Of a stretch of DNA of 64,000 nt, positions 1 through 19,912 are shown piece by piece; the stretch's first letter is position 1; the number at the start of each line of letters is the position of its first letter. The notes under the pieces were generated by a model. The model ran no database searches and was not told where the DNA came from. It worked only from the letters and a program-made list of their open reading frames with translations. The stretch is from the human T2T-CHM13v2.0 reference genome, Homo sapiens, in NCBI RefSeq assembly GCF_009914755.1, contig NC_060941.1; one strand, given 5' to 3'. The translations under genes and the position numbers were made by a program.

Positions 1-658
1 ATCTTTACTTTGTAAGGAATGTCCCAGCATGCTTCAGGCCAGGCCCTCTAAAACCTTCACTGATCTGCCAGGCCCTAGATCTTCACAGAGTTTCTCTCTG
101 GCTCTTTGGAGCATGAGTCTTACCAAGTCCCTCTATATACTTGTCACCTCTTGTTCATTTTGTCTGATTCACCTCCTGTCATCAATATTGTGGCCTAGTG
201 GGATGCTCTGCAGGATGTCCAGATGGTCCAGCTGCTTTTGGGATGTCTCCTGACAGAAGAGGAAGAGTTAACAGAGCCTGGAGAAAAGCTGTAATACTAT
301 TGTCCATCCTAAGTGGATGTCAACTGATTCTGATAAGGAGAGAAAAGAATGCATTTGTTAGGCCAGTAGCACCTATCACAGGCCTGGGGCCATGTCAGTC
401 TCTTTTAGCAGAGACACCTTAAGTGGCATCACAGCTGCAATTGAGGCTACCACTTGGTGTGTGTTCAGCAGTTCACTGTCACTCTCTAGACCCTGTCTGG
501 TTTTGGTAGGGGTTAGACTGGAAAACTGAAAGGACACAGAATGGGGATTGCCACCTGTGCATTCATTCTGTCTTTAAGGGTGCCGCTTATCTCTGCCCTT
601 CCTCGCAGGATGTGATGGTGTTTTCAATTTTCTGTTTGGCCAGTAAAGAGTAAGAAGC

Positions 659-834
659 CGGGGGGGAGGGATAGCATTGGGAGATATACCTAATGCTAGA
701 TGACACATTAGTGGGTGCAGCGCACCAGCATGGCACATGTATACATATGTAACTAACCTGCACAATGTGCACATGTACCCTAAAACTTAGAGTATAATAA
801 AAAAAAAAAAAAAGAAAAAAAAAAAAAAAAAAAA
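659..834 (+). mobile_element. 5'-truncated L1HS, Ta subfamily (~140 bp of 3'UTR plus poly(A))
   Basis: L1 3' end with Ta-diagnostic ACA at 705-707 and G at 790; A-tail 799-834. Confidence 0.92.
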
Positions 835-1076
835 CAACCCCATACTCAGCCAGCAGAAAGAGGAGAAGCAGCTGGACGTTGAAGACTGCGTCTGGATGTC
901 AGAGAGAAGTGGCTTGACTTCAGACGGACAGCTTGACAGGGTAATCTCAGAGAATAATCTGGCTGGAGATGGCCGGATTTCAGGGGAAGACTACCTTCCC
1001 GTCCCCTCCCCTTTTCACCTCCCCTTCCTGCTGAGAGCCACTTTCACTGGCAATAAAATCCCCCGCATTTACCGTC

Positions 1077-1101
<25 letters not shown>
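835..1101 (+). mobile_element. L1 3'-transduced segment (ERV1 LTR-like fragment) with a second poly(A) tail
   Basis: Lies inside the 14-bp TSD AAAGAGTAAGAAGC (645-658 / 1102-1115); AATAAA at 1052-1057, A-tail from 1077. Confidence 0.88.
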
Positions 1102-1107
<6 letters not shown>

Positions 1108-1213
1108 TAAGAAGCGGGTTAGAGGCTTCTCGATAGGCTTTCTCACTATGATATGTCACAGGTTAAGAGACTAATGTGGGGGTTCGCCAACTCCAAGTAG
1201 GTCCATCGAATGA

Positions 1214-1620
<407 letters not shown>

Positions 1621-2078
1621 TAACATCCTCTAATGGGCAGTTGGGGGAGGGGTAGTGATGACAATTTGGGTCCTAGGATATAGCAATGTGAACTCAGATG
1701 CTGTGTCCAACAGTCCTTGGAATGCTGGGGTGTAGCCCTTTGCCTGGCGGATGCTCACCCAAGTGAATGGTCATAGTCCTTTAAGGAGAAGGAATGGGGA
1801 ATCATTACTACGCACACTTGCTGAAGGCTGCAGTTTCCTTCCTCCCAGGACCCAGTTTCTCCTCCAATCTGGGTATCAAAACTGGCTCCAGTTCAGAAAC
1901 TGGCCAAGGCATCATGACAATCTATTGGGGTGCTTTAATTTTTTCTGACTGTATCGATTAACACCTTACTGATTGTCCATTTATCTTGACTCTAGAGAAG
2001 CCATGTTTTGTTAACCATCTCCATAGTTCTGTGCACATCAGGCTCCCTTTGCCACCATTCTCACCTTGTCACTCATGA

Positions 2079-2403
<325 letters not shown>

Positions 2404-2742
2404 CCATCTTGTTTCTGATGATTAAGTGTCCTGGCCTCTATTATACTAGAATCCTATCATTTCCATTTCTACCAGGGAGCTGAGTTCTGTGACTGCATCT
2501 CCTGCTGGAAGCCCTGACCTTTAGAGGACAGCCATCAGAGAGCTGCTGAATGATGTAAGGGTATTTGTCACCAGAGCTTTCCTCATTGCTTTGATCAATG
2601 GCATGTCTTCTGGGCCCTCTTGCAGAACAGTCATCTGATGGGTTTTCTGGCCTTATGTGGCACATCCACTCAGTATGCCCATTTCCCTGAGTCTTTTCAT
2701 CTTTCTTCCACCCTTTGCCACAGCAGTTCTAGCATTTCTTAC

Positions 2743-3668
2743 TGAAGGGGTGGGTTGCCCCTCCACACCTGTGGGTGTTTCTCGTTAGGTGGATTGAGAG
2801 ACTTGGAAAAGAAAGAGACAGAGAGACAAAGTATAGAGAAAGCAGAAAGGGGGCCCAGGGGACCGGAGTTCAGCATACAGAGGATCCACACCGGCCTCTG
2901 AGTTCCCTTAGTATTTATTGATCATTATTGGGTGTTTCTCCGAGAGGGGGATGTGGCAGGATCATAGGATAATAGTGGAGAGAAGGTCAGCAGATAAACA
3001 CGTGAACAAAGGTCTCTGCATCATAAACAAGGTAAAGAATTAAGTGCTGTGCTTTAGATAGGTATATACATAAACATCTCAATGCCTTAAAGAGCAATAT
3101 TGCTGCCCGCATGTCCCACCTCCAGCCCTAAGGCGGTTTTCCCCTATCTCAGTAGATGGAACATACAATCGGGTTTTACACCGAGACATTCCATTGCCCA
3201 GGGACGGGCAGGAGACAGATGCCTTCCTCTTGTCTCAACTGCAAAGAGGCATTCCTTCCTCTTTTACTAATCCTCCTCAGCACAGACCCTTTACGGGTGT
3301 CGGGCTGGGGGACAGTCAGGTCTTTCCCTTCCCATGAGGCCATATTTCGGACTATCACATGGGGAGAAACCTTGGACAATACCTGGCATTCCTAGGCTGA
3401 GGTCCCTGAGGCCTTCCGCAGTGTTTTGTGTCCCTGGGTACTTGAGATTAGGGAGTGGTGATGACTCTTAAGGAGCATGCTGCCTTCAAGCATCTGTTTA
3501 AAAAATCACATCTTGCACAGCCCTTAATCCATTTAACCCTGAGTTGACACAGCACATGTCTCAGGGAGCACAGGGTTGGGGGTAAGGTTACAGATTAAAA
3601 TGGGGTCCCTTATGTCTACTTTCTATACAGACACATTAACAATCTGATCTCTCTTTCTTTTCCCCACA
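2743..3668 (-). mobile_element. HERV-K (HML-2) solo LTR, LTR5A/B-type
   Basis: Minus strand begins TGTGGGGAAAAGAAAGAGAGATCAG and ends CCCCTTCA; TSD CTTAC at 2738-2742 / 3669-3673. Confidence 0.88.
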
Positions 3669-3837
3669 CTTACTTCACTTAGTGGGGCTTGCTGCTTCCT
3701 CCAGACTTCCAAAGGTCATCCTAACAGCATATTAGCACCTGCTCTCCAGGTCCTTGCTGGGGTCTTAAATCCTGTATCTCAGGAGAGTGCTTCCATATTG
3801 ATAAGTTATTTCTTCTCCAACTGTATGTTTCCACCCC

Positions 3838-4230
3838 TGTTGTGGTTTAAATGTGTCCCCCCCCAAAGTTCATGTGTTGGAAACTTAATTGCCATTATAA
3901 CAATATTAAGAGATGGGGCCTTTAAGAGGTAATTATGCCATGAGGGCTGTGCCCTCATGAATGGATTAATGCTGTTATTGTAGGAGGGGATTAGCTATTG
4001 TGGGAGTGGGCTCTCCATAAGAGGATGAGTTCACTTGATTTTCTCTCTTTCCCTTGCACCTGCTTGCCCTTCCACTTTTCTGACATATTATGAAGCAGTA
4101 CACTTTGTATGCCAGAAGCTGCTGTTACGCCCTTGGACTTCCCAGCCTCCGGAGTCTTGAGCCAAATAATTTTTTATAAATTACCCAGTATGTGATATTC
4201 TGTTATAGCAACAGAAAATGGGCTAAGACA
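3838..4230 (+). mobile_element. MaLR solo LTR (MSTC/MSTD-like)
   Basis: TG..GTGGTTT..ATGTGTCCCC start; ATAGCAACAGAAAATGGGCTAAGACA end. Confidence 0.75.
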
Positions 4231-4234
4231 AACT

Positions 4235-4696
4235 TGTCAGGCCTCTGAACCCAAGCCAAGCCATTGCATCCCCTGTGACTTGCACGTATACATCCAGATG
4301 GCCTGAAGTAACTGAAGATCCACAAAAGAAGTAAAAATAGCCTTAACTGATGACATTCCACCATTGTGATTTGTTTCTGCCTCACCCTAACTGATCAATG
4401 TACTTTGTAATCTCCCCCACCCTTAATAACGTACTTTCTAATCTCCCCCACCCTTGAGAAGGTTCTTTGTAATTCTCCCCACCCTTGAGAATGTACTTTG
4501 TGAGATCCACCCCTGCCCACAAAACATTGCTCTTAACTTCACTGCCTATCCCAAAACCTGTAAGAACTAATGATAATCCACCACCCTTTGCTGACTCTCT
4601 TTTCGGACTCAGCCCGCCTGCAGCCAGGTGAAATAAACAGCCATGTTGCTCACACAAAGCCTGTTTGGTAGTCTCTTCACATGGATGCGCATGAAA
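4235..4696 (+). mobile_element. HERV-H solo LTR (LTR7)
   Basis: TGTCAGGCCTCTGA start; GCGCATGAAA end; tandem ~30-bp CCCCACCC repeats; AATAAA at ~4632. Confidence 0.88.
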
Positions 4697-5034
4697 CCTT
4701 TGTTCCAGCATCCTCAGGATCCAATCCCATATATACTTTTCTGGTTTTTGCTGGCTAGATCCTGTAGTTCCTTTAGAGTTTGGTCTATTTCCCAAGTGAA
4801 TTTCCCTAGCCAATTATTTTGTAATTTTAACCCTAGTTATTGGTCTGGTGATTAGGAGGGGAGGTGGAGGTAGATCACGTTGTTCTACCTCCTCTTTTAC
4901 TAATCCTTATTAGTTGTTCACGTTGTTCACGTTGCCTTATAAGGCAGACATCTCTGTAGAATCATCTTCAGGCAAGGTAAGGGTATTCTTTAACACTTCT
5001 ATAAAATCTAAGGTTTCAGGGGGATCTTGACTTC

Positions 5035-5038
<4 letters not shown>

Positions 5039-5076
<38 letters not shown>

Positions 5077-5344
5077 AGACTGAATCCCAGGCTGGAGTGC
5101 AGTGGCGCGATCTCGGCTCACTGCAAGCTCCGCCTCCTGGGTTCATGCCATTCTCCTGCCTCAGCTTCCTAAGTAGCTGGGACTACAGGCACCTGCCATC
5201 ATGCCTGGCTAATTTTTTGTACTTTTAGTAAAGACGGGATTTCGCCATGTTAGCCAGGATGTTCTTGATCTCCTGACCTCATGATCTATCCGCCTCGGTC
5301 TCCCAAAGTCCTGGGATTACAGGCGTTAGCCGCTGCACCCGGCC
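5039..5344 (-). mobile_element. AluY-like
   Basis: Long T-tract; TSD ACTTCAAGATT. Confidence 0.88.
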
Positions 5345-5619
5345 AACTTCAAGATTCTTAAGTACATGGATCCAGTTGTCTCCATCCCTTATCTCAGAGT
5401 CCCCCTCTTTTCCAATCCAGTTAGGGGCCTGACATTAGCATAACAGACCAGGTTATTGAGGTTGACTGTTCGACCTCCCCTGGAGCTCCGCTACTCTGGC
5501 AATTCCTAGGCCAGATCCTCAAAGCTACTGACACACTGTAGATGAGTCTCTTAATAAGGTGCCAAGGAGGCCCCTCTGGTTTTCACACTTAACCCCCAGT
5601 TGGTGATTCATCATTCTAA

Positions 5620-6033
<414 letters not shown>

Positions 6034-6283
6034 TATTTCCACAAAATTACTTAAAGGTCATTCATTCCCTTCTGATATGGTTTGGCTCTGTGTCCCCATC
6101 CAAATCTCATCTTGTAGCTCCTATAATTCCCATGTGTTGTGGGAGAATCCTGGTGAGAATCATGGGGGCAGGTCTTTCCCGTGCTGTTCTTGTGATAGTG
6201 AATAGGACTCACAATATCTGATGGTTTTAACAACAGGAGTCCCTCCCCACAAGCCCTCTCTTTGCCTGCCACCATCCACGTAA

Positions 6284-6670
<387 letters not shown>

Positions 6671-8460
6671 TAAACCTCTTTCTTTTGTAAATTTCGTAGT
6701 CTCAGGCATGTCTTTATCAGCAGCGTGAAAACAGAGTAATACAGCAAATTGGTACCAGTAGAGTCAGGTGCTGCTGAAAAGACACCCAAAAATGTGGAAG
6801 CGCCTTTGGAACTGGTAACAGGCAGAGGGTAAGGATATGTTTCTACCCCTGTTGTGGTTTATGTTTCACACAGTTTGGAGGGCTCAGAAGAAGACAGGAA
6901 CATGTGGGAAAGTCTGGAACTTCCTAGAGACTTGTTGAATGGCTTTGACAAAAATGCTGATAGTGATATGAACAATAAGGTCCAGGCCGAGGTGGTCTCA
7001 GATGGAGATGGGGAACTGGATCAAAGGTGACTCTTGTTGTATTTTAACAAAGCGACTGGTGGCATTTTGCCCTTGCCCTAGAAATTTGTGGAACTTTGAG
7101 CTTGAGAGAGATGATTTAGGGCATCTGGTGGAAGAAATTTCTAAGCAGCAAAGCATTCAAGAGATGACTGTTAAAGGCGTTCAGTTTTAAAAGGGAAACA
7201 CGGCATAAAAGTTTGGAAAATTCACAGCCTGATAATGCAAGAGAGAAGAAAATCCCATTTTCTGAAGAAATTCAAGCTGGCTGCAGAAATTTGCATGAGT
7301 AACAAGGAAGTGAGTGTTAAGAGCATGTCAGAGACCTTTGCAACAGCCCCTCCCATCACAGGCCCTGAGGCCTAGGAGTAAAAATGGTTTCGTGGGCCAG
7401 GCCCAGGGTCCCTCTGCTGGGTGCAGTCTAGAAGCTTGGTGCCCTGCATCCCAGCTGCTCCAGCCATCATGAAAAGGGGCCAAGGTACAGCTAGGGCTGT
7501 TGCTTCAGACGCTGCAAGCCCCAAGCCTTGGTAGCTTCCATGTGGTGTTGAGCCTGTGGGTGCACAGAAGTCAAGAATTGAGGTTTGGGAATCTCTGCCT
7601 AGATTGCAGACGATGTATGTAAATGCCTGGGTATCCAGGCGGAAGTTTGCTGCAGGGGCAGGGCCCTCATGGAGAACTTCTGCTAGGGCAATGCAGCAGG
7701 AAAATGTGGGGTCAGAGTCCCCACACAGAGTCCCTACTGGGGCATGGCCTAGTGGGGCTGTGAGAAGTGGGCCACTGTCCTCCAGATCCCAGAATGGTAA
7801 ATCCACTGACAGCTTGCACCGTGCACCTGGAAAAGCCACAGACAATGCCAGCCCATGAAAGCAGCCAGGAGGGGGGCTATACCCTGCAAAGCCGCAAGGG
7901 CAGAGCTTCCCAAGGCCATGGGAGGCCACCTCTTGCATCAGCGTGACCTGGATGTGAGAGATGGAGTCAAAGGAGATCATTCTGGAGCTTTAAGATTTGA
8001 CCATCCCGTTGGATTTTGGACTTGCATGGGTCTGTAGCCCCTTTGTTGTGGCCAGTTTCTCCCATTTGGAATGGCTGTATTTATCCAATATCTGTACCCC
8101 CATTGTATCTAGGAAGTAACTGACTTGGTTTTGATTTTACAGGCTCATAGGTGGAAGGGACTTGCCTTGTCTCAGATGAGACTTTGGACCGTGGACTTTT
8201 GAGTTAATGATGAAATGAGCTGAGACTTTGGGGGACTGTTGGAAAGGCATGAATGGTTTTGAAATGTGAAGATATGAGATTTGGGAGGGGTCAGAGATGG
8301 AATGACATGGTTTGGCTCTGTGTCCCCACCCAAATCTCATCTTGTAGCTCCCATAATTCCCAAGTGTTGAGGGAGGAACCTGGTGGGAGATGACTGAATC
8401 ATGGGGGTAGGTCTTTCTGGTGCTATTCTCGTGATAGTGAATGGGTCTCACGAGATCTGA

Positions 8461-8941
<481 letters not shown>

Positions 8942-9171
8942 TCAGATATGTCTTTATCAGCAGCGTGAAAATGGACTAATAATATACCTTTCATCAGTCA
9001 TCCTAGTTCACCAGCAGTTTTAACAACTGCACCCCTACTATATGCTGGGGGCTGTACATGCTCCACCTATTACCAGTGATGGGGTTCTCACTGCCAGCTG
9101 GCCAGTTGGTAAGCTGGCTATGAAATCCAGTTTTTTGAGTCAGCTCTCTCAGACCACTTCCAGCACCAACT

Positions 9172-9602
9172 ATCATAGGGACCTAGCTTCCATAGACCAG
9201 CTTCCCCCAAAAGCTGACTCTGAAATGGATATTTGCACAGAGAGCTTATTGAGGCTTGCTTGGGAGATCAGCTCCCATAAGCAAGTGAAGGAAGGAGGAT
9301 TGGGAAGAGGGAGGAGTTGAACCACAATATGGTTGTAACAGAGGCCTCAGTCAATCTTGCGGGAATTCTCCAGAGCTAAAATGGCCCTTCAGAGTTGTCC
9401 CAAATTGTAGCAAGAGGACCAGGACTTCATATTCTTATATCAATTTGTCATTGGAAGGGAGGTAGCTCTCTTCAGCTGAAGGTGATCACGGGGAGTGGAG
9501 GAAGCGGGTGAGGACACACTCAGCTATGGGTCATTAACACTCTCAGGACTGTTTTTCAGTCTTGAAGGAGACTAGCTGGGTGGCAGACCACAGTGTTCAC
9601 TA
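9172..9602 (-). mobile_element. LTR16-type 5' LTR of the ERVL-class provirus
   Basis: Resembles LTR16-family sequence; abuts the internal-region start GTTGGTGCTGGAAGTGG on the minus strand. Confidence 0.65.
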
Positions 9603-9901
9603 AATAAAATGAAAGAAATATGGGAAAGTGGTAGAATATCTCCTTCCAGTGAGTTAGAAGTATCTGAGGGGCGGAGAGTGGAAGAACTACAAAGGGAAGC
9701 TGAGTCCTATTTCTTAAACAGGGCATTTCAGACTGTTATTAAACTGTTCTTCATGTTGGAAAACTTGAAGAAACCAATGTAATCTTGGAAGCTACAATTT
9801 GGGAAATGTTTTAGAGACTTTGAGTGTTTACTTTCATTTAATTAAATTATTTTAAGAGACAGTCTTGCCCTGTTCTCCAGGCTGGAGTACAGTGGTGCGA
9901 T

Positions 9902-10915
<1,014 letters not shown>

Positions 10916-11075
10916 CAATCACAGCTCACTGTAGCCTCCACCTCCTGGGCTCAAGTGATTCTGCCACCTGGGCCTTTTGTGTAGCTAGGATCACAGGTAC
11001 GTACCATTATGCTAGGCTAATCTGAGCTATAGCAAATTGTTTTTTCCCTCCCAGCCATTTTAAATTTTTTTGTAG

Positions 11076-11240
<165 letters not shown>

Positions 11241-11466
11241 TAAGGTTGGACATGAAGATAGAAACAAAATTCCAGCAGGGTGTGATAATGAAGGGTTGAA
11301 AAAGATTAAGCAATTCAACAAGCACTTAAGTTTCTACTATGTAACAAATGATGGATTACAAAGATAAACATGGTCCCTAATTTAGTAAGAATAGCAAGAT
11401 AATGAAACTTGGAAACTTCAAAGAAATGTCATTCAGTTCTTTCCATATACTAAATATTAAGCTCCA

Positions 11467-12537
<1,071 letters not shown>

Positions 12538-12782
12538 TTAGGAAAATTGTTTAATATCCTCTCAAAAATGCCAAGACCATTTCTCTGCATCACAGAAGGC
12601 AGTATGGAAGCAGACTTTCAAACCACTAAACTCCTAAAACAACGGGCTCCGGATGAGCATCTCGCTGTAGCTTTACCGCCACATGTACCTTAACTGATAT
12701 CCATGTTTTTTTCCCCTAAACATCTAAAACACCAACACATTTCAGTTCTTTTCTAGTCCTTACTACCCATGTTGTCAAGAAG

Positions 12783-12960
12783 AGTGGTTCTCAAAGTGCG
12801 GTCCATGGACCAGTAGTTCTGGTACTGAGAACTTGTTAGAAATTAAAATTCGTGGGCCCCGCTCCATCCCGACTGAGTGTGAATCTGGGGGTGGAGCCCA
12901 GCATCTGTGTGTAACAAGCCCCGCGCATATTCTGATGGGCCTTGAGATGAAGAACCACTT
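12783..12960. mobile_element. MER5A-like hAT-Charlie DNA transposon
   Basis: Terminal inverted repeats AGTGGTTCT / AGAACCACT; ~180 bp. Confidence 0.7.
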
Positions 12961-13094
12961 GTCAAGTGCCCAATAAAGCACGGCCTAAGCCACCAACCCC
13001 AAATCGGGAGTTTAGGAGGGGCAAAGTCCGTCAGCTGGCTTTCGAAACATGTGCAAGGTGTTTTGTCACCGCTTAAAAGGCAGGTTCAGATTCA

Positions 13095-13740
13095 TCCAAA
13101 GGATTTGAAAACTTGGTCCACACAAAAACCTGCACACAGATGTTTAGTTTTATTTGTAATTGCCAAAATGTATAAGCAAGGTGTCCCTCAGGAGCTGAAT
13201 GGATAAACTGTGGTACAACCAGACAATGGAATATTACTCAGCACTAAAGAGAAATAAGCTATCAAGCCATGAAAAGATGTGGAGGAAATGGAAATGCGTA
13301 TTACTAAGTGAAAGAAGCCGATCTAAAAAAAAAGGCTACCTACTGTGATTCCAACTATATGACATTCTGAAAAAGGGAAAAACTATGGAAACCGTAGACT
13401 CACAATTGTCAGGGGATTTGCAGGAAGATATGAACTGGCAGAGAACTGTGGGGCGGTGAAGTATTATGGTAGTATAATGGTGGATACATGCCATTATACA
13501 TTTGTCCAAACACACAGAATGTACAAGAATGAACCGTAAACTACGGACTTTGGGTGATAATGGTGTCAAAACAGGTTCATTAGCTGTAAAAAATGTGCCA
13601 CTCTGTGGGGGATGTTGACAATGAGGGAGGTGTGAGAGCAAGGAGGATATGGGAAATTTCTGTACCTTCCACTTACTTTTGCTGTGAATCTAAAATTGCT
13701 CTAAAAATATAATAAAGTCTTAAAAGACAAAACAAAAAAG
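13095..13740 (+). mobile_element. Old L1M (L1MB/MC-like) 3' fragment
   Basis: Typical old L1 3' sequence (GGATAAACTGTGGTAC..., CTAAGTGAAAGAAGCC) ending A-rich. Confidence 0.7.
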
Positions 13741-13880
13741 TAGGTTTAGAGAGAGATGATTTGGGGTAAAAATGAAAATTATGGCTTTTTGTTTCAGACA
13801 ATGAGAACTGAAAAGAGAAGTGATCTTTTAAAGTATGAGTTTATTCTCCAGGTTTTCTTAAATACCCACAAATTAGTGTT

Positions 13881-13886
13881 TTTATT
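13881..13886 (-). terminator. Candidate distal poly(A) signal of PSMD12
   Basis: AATAAA followed on the minus strand by a GU-rich tract (TTTGTGGGTATT); would give a ~2.9-kb 3'UTR. Confidence 0.55.
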
Positions 13887-14400
13887 GCTGCTATATCCAA
13901 GAGCTGAAAACAATTTAAAATATGTACTTTTATCACATTTAACACTTACAAGAGAGAAAATGGAACTGTTTGAATTTTAAAGATGTTTTTCAGATTCAGT
14001 AACATATGGAAATTGAGGATAATCATAGAAACAGCTATTGAACTCTAAAATAAAAAAATTATATGGAAATAAAAGGTATTTCATTTGAAAAATGGCTCAT
14101 CACCTCTCCTGCTGGTTAATACACTAATGACAATGAAATGGAATCAAGTGTTATCTTCTCCACATTTAAAACAAAGTGCTTCTTCTCCTGATTGCCAGCT
14201 TTAGGTCTGAAATGTAAAACAGGATTAATTGAGGTTCCGAACAACTCAAATATTTCACTATTGTACTTTATGCTAATGAATTATTTTGTAATACTAAGAA
14301 AATAAATTGGTAAATACCTCATATATTTGCTGGATTAATGTTTGACAGGAAAAAACACGAAATGGATGAACAGCTGATCGAGTCGAGTGCAATTTGGTCA

Positions 14401-14858
<458 letters not shown>

Positions 14859-14989
14859 CTAGAAAGATGAAGTTATTGAGAAGCTAGTTTCAAATTAGCT
14901 CCAATTTTATTTACATGTTAACAATACACAATTTTATCTTCTATCCTTTTCATTCAAAGGAAAATTAAAACCATACTCTGTTAGTGTGA

Positions 14990-15304
<315 letters not shown>

Positions 15305-16334
15305 TTTTTTGGTTAGTTTTAAAAAGATAAGTGATAGCAGATGTTGATGTTATTAGTGTGACCAATGCATTGAATTTCCAAAGAATAAAATCAGATTACT
15401 TCAGTACTGTATGTCATTATTCACAATGACTCACAGGATAAATATGACAGATATCCCACAACTGTCTTCAGTCCTGGGATCATAAAATAGGACAATTGAT
15501 AATCTTCCATTAAGTGGAAAATTAATTAGGAGAAATGCCATTTCTAGAATGCTGTTTTTCTTTTTCTCTTCATTTGAATTTTTTTAAAGTAGACCTCACA
15601 CTTTCTTTATTTAAGTATCATTTTAAATAACCTTCTAACATTGTTTTTTCTATTTTCTCTGAAATAAATCAAATTAAACTTGCAAAATTCGTTCACACCA
15701 ATTCATCTCAGGTGTTTCTTTGACAGCAAGCTACTTTTAATTCCGTGAAAATATTTTAATACTACACCACTTACTATGAGGGTGGCCTGACGTCTTTTTG
15801 CCATTTTTTTAAAGCATTAAAAAAAATTAGGTTATCCAGTGTTCATATAATGGAACTAAAAGTTCCTACAGAGATAATGAATTTGGAACAATAATGATGT
15901 AATCAGACTTACAAGTTAAAGCCACAAATAAGCCTTATAAAAACAACTTTATGTTAAATTTAAACCCATATAAAGAAAGGGGAGAGGAAGAAGAGCAAAA
16001 AAAAAAAAAAAAAAAAAAGTAGTCACTATCCCTATAGAGCGGACTTAACACCCAATAAACTGTGTCAATTATGTCAGCTGATTCTGTTGAACAACTGATC
16101 AAGTGAGAGGATGAGGGCTGAAAGCAATCAAGCTACTGTGATTGGAACCAGCCGGACTCAAAAAAAAAAAAAAAAGTCTACAGTTTACCAGCATACACAC
16201 TCAGTCTAGACTTTCCGCCACAATATCAAAGTACAAATTCTTCACAAATCACAACTCTATCCCAAATGTTCTTGTATGCTCTATGTTGCTTTTCTATTCT
16301 ACTAAATGACTGATAACTTTACAATGAGATTTGT

Positions 16335-16428
16335 TTTATTTAAAAAACACTTGCCAAATCACTACCCCACAAAATGTTGAGAATCAGAGGTAACTGTAGA
16401 AAGGAAATATGTATATACTGCTTTTATT
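16335..16428 (-). terminator. Candidate proximal poly(A) signals of PSMD12 (AATAAA at 16423-16428 and 16335-16340)
   Basis: Canonical hexamers 320-410 nt past the stop codon. Confidence 0.55.
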
Positions 16429-16747
16429 ATTGGAATATGTTTGTTAGTTGAATGAAAACAAACAGTAGCTAAAAAGGTTTCAAATGATAGAAAAACATAT
16501 CTGGGTAAGTTATGACACAACTTTTTGTGTATTCAGACGACAGAAATCTGTATTTTTGCACCAATTGCAAATGCAAAGTTAACAATGAACTTGGGGAACT
16601 GAAAGGTCAAAGGGAGTCTCAAACATATTCACTATTTTAAAATTTAAGACAAAGAAGCTTAGAAAAAAAACCCCAACATATACACCATTATAACAGTCTT
16701 TTTTTAATGACTTCCAATTTTAACTTTTTTCTAAAGCACTAAGACCC

Positions 16748-17089
<342 letters not shown>

Positions 17090-17091
17090 TC

Positions 17092-19912
<2,821 letters not shown>

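Noticed and set aside
7372-7980. 202-aa minus-strand ORF and overlapping plus-strand ORFs
   Set aside because: Lie within THE1 internal sequence; a common MaLR-derived spurious ORF
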